Source: Candidatus Heimdallarchaeota archaeon
GTDB taxonomy: Archaea > Asgardarchaeota > Heimdallarchaeia > Heimdallarchaeales > Heimdallarchaeaceae
Direction of reading: 5' to 3'
Length of the DNA stretch: 64,000 nt
NCBI GenBank assembly: GCA_030603365.1
Contig: JAUVXV010000010.1
Location: forward strand, 1-64,000
In this document: one piece after another, positions 58,265-64,000 of the stretch
Layout: each line of letters opens with the position of its first letter
Position numbering within the stretch: the first letter of the stretch is position 1
Notes under the pieces: model-generated
What the model was told of the DNA's origin: nothing
What the model saw: the letters and a program-made list of their open reading frames with translations, nothing else
Database searches by the model: none
Position numbers and translations under genes: made by a program

Positions 58265-58318
58265 GTAGATAATTGTTGCGACGAAACATTCTTTTAAGAT
58301 ATATTATATTGTTATGCA

Positions 58319-59080
58319 ATGTCAAAGAAGATTGCAATCATCGGAGGCTCAGGAGTTTATGATTTATTTGAAGGTGCTGAAACCATTATGGTCAAAACAC
58401 CGTATGGTAAGGTTGAGAATGCGAGTAGAATTAAAATATCGGAAAAAGAAATTTTCTTTCTACCAAGACATGGTCCTGATCATTCAATGCCACCACACTT
58501 GATAAATTATAGAGCAAACATTTATGCTTTACACTCACTAGAAGTAGAAGAAATTTACGCTACAAATGCTGTAGGGTCAATCCACACAAAAATCCATCCA
58601 GGAGATTTCGTTGTACCAGACCAGTTGATTGATATGACTAAAAACAGACCTTTGACATTCTTTGATGGTGAAACTGAGATTGTTTTTAAAGATGGTACAT
58701 CAAAAAGAGGAGTTGTACATCTAGATTACACAGAACCCTATACCCCAAAATTAAGAATGAGGTATTTATCTCTGGCTAAGGTATCTTCTAGAAAAGTACA
58801 TGATAAGGGAGTTCTTGTGTGCACAGAAGGTCCTAGATTTGAGACACCAGCTGAAATCAAAATGTTTCAATCTTTTGGAGGAACTTTGGTAGGAATGACT
58901 TCAGTTCCTGAAGCTATACTGGCGCGAGAAGTACAGATTGCATATGCAACTCTTTGTTTAGTAACAAATTATGGTGCAGGGATGCAAGAAGAAGTTACTC
59001 ATGCAGAAGTAATTGAGATTTTTAATAAGAAGATTCAAGTTGTAAAATCAATTATGCAGAAGATAATTGAAGAGAAATAA
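58319..59080 (+). CDS. mtnP: Methylthioadenosine/purine nucleoside phosphorylase (MTAP family)
   Basis: IIGGSG, TPYG, RHG..H..PPH.INYRAN, EGPRFET.AE, VGMT and VTN motifs. Confidence 0.9.
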   Translation: MSKKIAIIGGSGVYDLFEGAETIMVKTPYGKVENASRIKISEKEIFFLPRHGPDHSMPPHLINYRANIYALHSLEVEEIYATNAVGSIHTKIHPGDFVVPDQLIDMTKNRPLTFFDGETEIVFKDGTSKRGVVHLDYTEPYTPKLRMRYLSLAKVSSRKVHDKGVLVCTEGPRFETPAEIKMFQSFGGTLVGMTSVPEAILAREVQIAYATLCLVTNYGAGMQEEVTHAEVIEIFNKKIQVVKSIMQKIIEEK

Positions 59081-59251
59081 TTATTCACTATCCAGCACAA
59101 ACAATAATACTTTGAGTACAATCCCTAAAATGCAGAAGAATGACGTTAAAACATTAAATTTAATGACCTTTATAAAACTTGGTCTTGAAAAGCTTTATAA
59201 ATAGAAGTAGTTTAAAGTCCTTCAACGTTTATAAAGGCGTGATGGTATAAT

Positions 59252-59830
59252 ATGACACCAAAAATTGATTATGGTATAATAATTCAGAATGTTGTAGCCA
59301 GTATTAATCTTTTTACAACCATTGATCTTGTTACAGCATATCAAACACTTATTGATGAAGATGATTTATTCGTCAGTTATAATCCAGAAACTTTCCCAGG
59401 TCTTATTTTAAAAATTAAGAAACCAAAGATTTCCAGTCTAGTTTTCAGTTCTGGAAAACTTGTTCTCACTGGTGCTAAATCTACTAGTATGGTTCATGAG
59501 GGTGTTCTAGAAATGATCAAAATCCTCAAAACTGTAGGAACAAAAATAACTGAAGAACCAGAAATCATTGTACAAAACATTGTAGCATCTGGTCATTTCA
59601 ATCATCGAACAATTAACTTGGAATTAGCAGCTTTATGGTTAGAACATTCCATGTACGAGCCAGAACAATTCCCAGGTTTAATCTACAGACTTGCTGAACC
59701 AAAAACTGTTCTTCTCTTATTCCAATCAGGAAACCTAGTTTGTACTGGAGCAAAAACTGAGGTACAAGTCCGTCAAGCTGTTGAAAATACTTACAACACT
59801 TTAGATGAAATCAATGCTTTTGATTTCTAA
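59252..59830 (+). CDS. tbp: TATA-box-binding protein
   Basis: Two repeats of NxVAS...YxPExFPGL...FxSGxLVxTGAK. Confidence 0.97.
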   Translation: MTPKIDYGIIIQNVVASINLFTTIDLVTAYQTLIDEDDLFVSYNPETFPGLILKIKKPKISSLVFSSGKLVLTGAKSTSMVHEGVLEMIKILKTVGTKITEEPEIIVQNIVASGHFNHRTINLELAALWLEHSMYEPEQFPGLIYRLAEPKTVLLLFQSGNLVCTGAKTEVQVRQAVENTYNTLDEINAFDF

Positions 59831-59923
59831 CTTCATTCCCTCCTCTTTTTATTTTGTTTTTTATCTAGTTTAAAACTCATTGTTCATCTAAAAATTTTTA
59901 ATGAAACTAAGAAATTCTGTATT

Positions 59924-60979
59924 ATGCAATCCTATCAAGAAGAAATTATTTCTCTTTTTAAGGAATTATTAGAAATACCCTCTCCTTCTGGTCAAGAAGG
60001 TAAGATGGGAGATTTTATTTTTGAGAAGTTAGAATCTTGGGAATTCAATCCTAAGAAAGATCACTCAGGCAATATATTTGTAAAAATCACTGGAGACAGC
60101 TCAGATGTTTCATGCTGTTTAGCTTCTCATATAGATGAAATTGGGTTGATGGTTACTAAAATCAATGATGATGGCACACTTAACGTTGAACGTGTAGGTG
60201 GTTGTCTTCCTTGGAAATTTGGTGAGAGACCTGTTGAAATCTTTGGGAAAGACAAAATAATCAAAGGTTTAACATCTATGGGTTCTGGTCATGGTGGTAG
60301 AAAAGGTGATACACAGATAAAATGGGAAGAGGTAAAAGTAATTACAGGTTACTCTTCTGAGAAACTAAATAGTTTTGGAATTTTAGCTGGTACAAGGATT
60401 CTCCCTCTTCGTTCTGATTGTGGTCCCCATGTTCTAGGTGATGAATCAGATCCACTATTAGCAGCTTGGACATTTGATGATCGTATGGGAGTAGTTACAC
60501 TCTTAAGACTTCTAAAAACTATTAAGGAGGAAAGAATTCAACCCAAGATGGATATATTCATTGCTTTTACTGTCCAAGAAGAAACCAGTTGTTTCGGTGC
60601 CCGTTCCCTTGCACAAAAACTCAAACCTACTTACTTCATAGCTGTTGATGGATGTCCTACAGCTTCCCATTCACCATTAGAAATGGATGAACGTCCTGGA
60701 ATATGGTTAAAAGATCGCAGACAATTTTATAGTGAAGAACTAATAGAAGGTTTAACTAAAGCCGCAACTACAGTTGGAGTTGAGCTTCAACGTGCAATTT
60801 TCACGGGTGCAGCTAGTGATGCAAGTTCTGTTGGTATGACTGGTTTTTCTGATCAACTTGCTACAATTGGTCATGTTCGTAAAAATAGTCATGGTTATGA
60901 AGTAGCATCTTTAGAAGCTTTTGAGAACCTTTTCAAAACTCTTAAAGAATTCATTTCTACTTGGGTTGATAGTAAATAG
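59924..60979 (+). CDS. M42-family aminopeptidase
   Basis: SPSG.E, HIDEIG, FDDR.G, QEE and VD...H motifs. Confidence 0.85.
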   Translation: MQSYQEEIISLFKELLEIPSPSGQEGKMGDFIFEKLESWEFNPKKDHSGNIFVKITGDSSDVSCCLASHIDEIGLMVTKINDDGTLNVERVGGCLPWKFGERPVEIFGKDKIIKGLTSMGSGHGGRKGDTQIKWEEVKVITGYSSEKLNSFGILAGTRILPLRSDCGPHVLGDESDPLLAAWTFDDRMGVVTLLRLLKTIKEERIQPKMDIFIAFTVQEETSCFGARSLAQKLKPTYFIAVDGCPTASHSPLEMDERPGIWLKDRRQFYSEELIEGLTKAATTVGVELQRAIFTGAASDASSVGMTGFSDQLATIGHVRKNSHGYEVASLEAFENLFKTLKEFISTWVDSK

Positions 60980-61011
60980 AATTTGTAGAAACTATTCTTT
61001 CTACTTTCTGT

Positions 61012-62208
61012 CTATTTTATTTTTGCAAGAGCTTGGTCCATATCCTCTATTAAATCATCGATGTTTTCCAATCCGATTGACATCCGAATCATTGTATCTG
61101 GTATTCCTAGAGCTATTCTCTCATCTTGTGTGAGTTGTTGATGTGTAGTGAAAGCAGGATGTGTTGCTAATGTTTTTGTTGTTCCCAGATGTCCTGTATG
61201 GATAATCAAATCAAAGGCATCTATTACATTTTTAGCATCTGTCAGTTCTCCTTTGGTTACGAATGACATTAACGCACTATAGCCCTTCAACTGCTTCTTT
61301 GCCAGTTCATGTTGAGGATGACTTTTCAATCCTGGATAAAGAACAGATTCTACTTTGGAGTGATTTTCAAGAAATTCAGCCATCGCTTGGGCATTCTCAC
61401 AATGTTTGCTCATTCTAAGACTTAACGTTTCCATGCCTAATAATAACAGCCAACTATTGAATGGGCTAATAGAAGGACCTATGTTTCGATAGTCTTTTTC
61501 TCTCATATTATCAATAAACTCAGCACTTCCAGCAACTACACCCGAGATACAAGATGCGTTTCCGCTTAAATATTTTGTAGCAGAATGAACTATAATGTCT
61601 GCACCCAAGGCAACAGGTTGTTGAAGAGCTGGGGAAGCAACTGTATTATCTACTACTAAAGGCAAATCATGTTCATGAGCTAGTTTTGCTAATGCGGGAA
61701 TATCACCTACAAACAAGTTTGGATTGGAAGGAGATTCAACATACAGAAATTTTGTTTTGTTATTAATTCCTTCAGACCAAACCTCAATATCTGATGAGTC
61801 TGTTACAAAAAATGGTTCAAACCCCATTTTTGGAAAAGTTTCAGTGAACAGTTTGTTTGTTCCACCATAGATTTTATTTGATGTTACAAATCCTTCTCCT
61901 TTTTCCATAAGATGAAGACAAGCCATGAATATTGCTGACATTCCAGATCCGGTTGCAAGTGCTTTTTCTGTTAATTCTACAGCTGCTAATCTTTCTTCAA
62001 ACATTTGATTTGTAGGATTGTCCATACGACCATACATGAAACCCTCTATTTCATATCGGAATAGTTTTGCTGCATATTCAGCACTTTCATACGGATAGGC
62101 TACACTCTGATAAATTGGAGGAGTAATCGTTTTTGTTTCTAGAACATCATGTCCTGTGTGAATACAATGTGTATCAAAACCATATTCTTTATCAGGTTTT
62201 TTAGGCAT
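61012..62208 (-). CDS. PLP-dependent Cys/Met metabolism enzyme (methionine gamma-lyase / O-acylhomoserine sulfhydrylase)
   Basis: YGR..NPT, SGMSAI, ESPSNP, DNT, HSATKY and R.SIGLE motifs. Confidence 0.9.
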   Translation of the reverse strand: MPKKPDKEYGFDTHCIHTGHDVLETKTITPPIYQSVAYPYESAEYAAKLFRYEIEGFMYGRMDNPTNQMFEERLAAVELTEKALATGSGMSAIFMACLHLMEKGEGFVTSNKIYGGTNKLFTETFPKMGFEPFFVTDSSDIEVWSEGINNKTKFLYVESPSNPNLFVGDIPALAKLAHEHDLPLVVDNTVASPALQQPVALGADIIVHSATKYLSGNASCISGVVAGSAEFIDNMREKDYRNIGPSISPFNSWLLLLGMETLSLRMSKHCENAQAMAEFLENHSKVESVLYPGLKSHPQHELAKKQLKGYSALMSFVTKGELTDAKNVIDAFDLIIHTGHLGTTKTLATHPAFTTHQQLTQDERIALGIPDTMIRMSIGLENIDDLIEDMDQALAKIK

Positions 62209-62345
62209 GGTTAGATTTTTCTTTTATGAAGTTAAAATCTTTTTCCTAGATTTAACAAAACTCGAAACTCCATCTAAGTGGATAAACCACATCAATATGA
62301 ACTTGCTTTAAATTACCTAAAAAGAGAAAGAAAACAACTCTCTTC

Positions 62346-63626
62346 TTGAATGCAATCGTATATAAAGAAGAGACTACAAATATTCTCATAAGAATGAGCA
62401 GAATAAAGGGAACAATTGATTTTATTAAGCGATTTTATTTAGAAATAGTAGCAACAATGTTTTTTGTAGCGGCTTCCATAATTTTATGGTTCTATATTGA
62501 TTTCTGGGATTTCATAATAGCAGAAGCTATCATAGTTATTGTTATGGTAATAATCATATTACTTTTGAGGAAAATTGTTGGAAGAATACGCGATAGAGAT
62601 TCAAAATCTGTTGATAGAGCAGATTACTCAGAGTTGACAGCAGAGACAATACATTCAAAATTAGTAAGAAGGGGAGATATTGGGACTATACTACCAGGAT
62701 TTGCTGGACCTTATGGGGGAAGTAGTCCAAGACCTATGATTAGTATGCATGAAATAGAATATGGGGGTCAAACTGATGGTAAAACACTTTTTGGTCAAGT
62801 AAATATTCCCAGAAATGAAATAAAATTAGAGAAATTAAAGAAAATACTGATTAAAGAACAAAAACAATCTCCTTCCTCAGAAGCTAGGAAGCAGGTTGAA
62901 CAGTTACGTATATATGAAACTAGAATATTTGATATAGGAGGATTAAATATCAAAATATTCAACGATGATTGGGGATTGAGCTATTCATTCATTTTTGATA
63001 AAAATAGCCACCACGGAATATTCTTAGGAGCTACATTGGAGAGAAACCAAGATGGAAAAATAGTCATTGAAGGAATTCTAAAGAAATCACAACCATTTTC
63101 TTTATCCATTCATAAAATAGATGATGAAAAGGAGAAATACTCAACAATTATCAATTCCTCTCTTGAGTGGGAGAGTATTCATCAGCAAGCAGATGTTCAG
63201 AAAATGCTTAATGAGATATTTCCATCTATGGAACATCTGATGTTTGATGAGAAATATTTTACTGCAATCTTCAAAAATCTCAATGATTTACAGTTTATTA
63301 TTGAATTAATAGGGAGGATATATCGTGAATTGTTGAAACATGAATTTGGAAAAGTAGATGTTGATGACATTAAATGTTACAAATGTGGAACAATATTAGC
63401 TCCAACCGATAAAGAGTGTTCAAAATGTGGTTCACAAAGACCAACATGCAAAGTATGCTTGCTTGATCTCTATCCTTCTGAAAAGCAAGAAGTTGTTCAA
63501 ACACCCTGCTGTGGAATATACGCTCATAAACTACACATGATTATGTGGTTAGAAAGAACTCAAAAGTGTCCAAATTGTAAAAAAAGACAACTAAAATGGT
63601 TAGATCAACTTAAAGAATCGTTCTAA
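62346..63626 (+). CDS. Membrane protein (2 TM) with C-terminal Zn ribbon and RING-finger-like domain
   Basis: CYKC..CSKC, then CKVC...PCC...H..H...WL.....CPNC. The start is likely ATG 62394. Confidence 0.75.
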   Translation: MNAIVYKEETTNILIRMSRIKGTIDFIKRFYLEIVATMFFVAASIILWFYIDFWDFIIAEAIIVIVMVIIILLLRKIVGRIRDRDSKSVDRADYSELTAETIHSKLVRRGDIGTILPGFAGPYGGSSPRPMISMHEIEYGGQTDGKTLFGQVNIPRNEIKLEKLKKILIKEQKQSPSSEARKQVEQLRIYETRIFDIGGLNIKIFNDDWGLSYSFIFDKNSHHGIFLGATLERNQDGKIVIEGILKKSQPFSLSIHKIDDEKEKYSTIINSSLEWESIHQQADVQKMLNEIFPSMEHLMFDEKYFTAIFKNLNDLQFIIELIGRIYRELLKHEFGKVDVDDIKCYKCGTILAPTDKECSKCGSQRPTCKVCLLDLYPSEKQEVVQTPCCGIYAHKLHMIMWLERTQKCPNCKKRQLKWLDQLKESF

Positions 63627-63691
63627 CACCCCATAATTCTGTTTTTGAGAGAAACTTTTTAGGACAGAGTTTTTTAAAGATTACGAGAAGT

Positions 63692-64000
63692 ATGTCTTTA
63701 GAAGAAGTTTATCAAGAAATAGAGCATAATAAAGATGCATCGATAAATCTTTTATGTGATTTGCTGAAAATTCCAAGTATAGCTGCGAAGAAAACTGGAG
63801 GACCAGAAGCGATAGAATTTTTGTCAAAAGTTTTTGAAGAAGCAGGATTTAGTTATTTCCTAGCTGAAACAGCAGGTAATCCTGTTTTTTGTGCAGAGAT
63901 GAATGTAGGAGCTAGGAAAACTTTACTGTTCTATGATCATTATGATGTTCAACCAGAAGATCCTGTAGATCTATGGGATTCACCTCCATTTGAACCAACA
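63692..64000 (+). CDS. M20-family peptidase/deacylase (partial, runs off the window end)
   Basis: Manual translation MSLEEVYQEI...LLKIPSIA...GNPV...TLLFYDHYDVQPEDP..LWDSPPFEP. Confidence 0.88.
   Translation, partial: MSLEEVYQEIEHNKDASINLLCDLLKIPSIAAKKTGGPEAIEFLSKVFEEAGFSYFLAETAGNPVFCAEMNVGARKTLLFYDHYDVQPEDPVDLWDSPPFEPT

Noticed and set aside
1914-61133. Numerous short antisense or overlapping ORFs in the track (e.g. 2053-2391, 9263-9592, 28513-28887, 35524-35730, 36303-36680, 49034-49420)
   Set aside because: They are shadows of well-supported genes on the opposite strand or frame and have no motifs.

Overview
AT-rich archaeal DNA, most likely from an Asgard archaeon. This is inferred from an archaeal TBP, XPB-Bax1, a small GTPase, LRR/TPR proteins, a RING-finger membrane protein and expanded NosD-type surface proteins. 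Layout: (1) 1.7-13.6 kb is a contiguous 13-gene redox operon: 2-oxoacid:ferredoxin oxidoreductase, MvhD/Flx-like subunits, HdrACB and a soluble fumarate reductase. (2) 13.7-29.3 kb holds surface and accessory genes, ending in an isochorismatase plus FAD oxidoreductase pair. (3) About 29.3-44.4 kb is a ~15 kb island with no recognisable integrase or transposase. It separates that oxidoreductase from an RlmN-like radical SAM gene. It carries a TnpB with a Fanzor-like rearranged RuvC site and a structured omegaRNA-like region, plus defence-type cargo (HEPN, PD-(D/E)xK nucleases, HerA-like ATPase, zinc-ribbon repeats). The sequence in the guide position of that RNA reproduces the inferred empty-site junction of the two host genes, whereas both real flanks carry recoded copies next to a TTAC TAM-like motif. 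This is the signature expected of an RNA-guided homing (gene-drive-like) island and is the main candidate novel system. (4) 47.5-53 kb is a two-subunit fumarate hydratase operon with two single-gene insertions, each flanked by a diverged duplicate of the upstream gene's 3' end. (5) 53-64 kb is housekeeping. All calls come from reading motifs by eye; no database searches were run.
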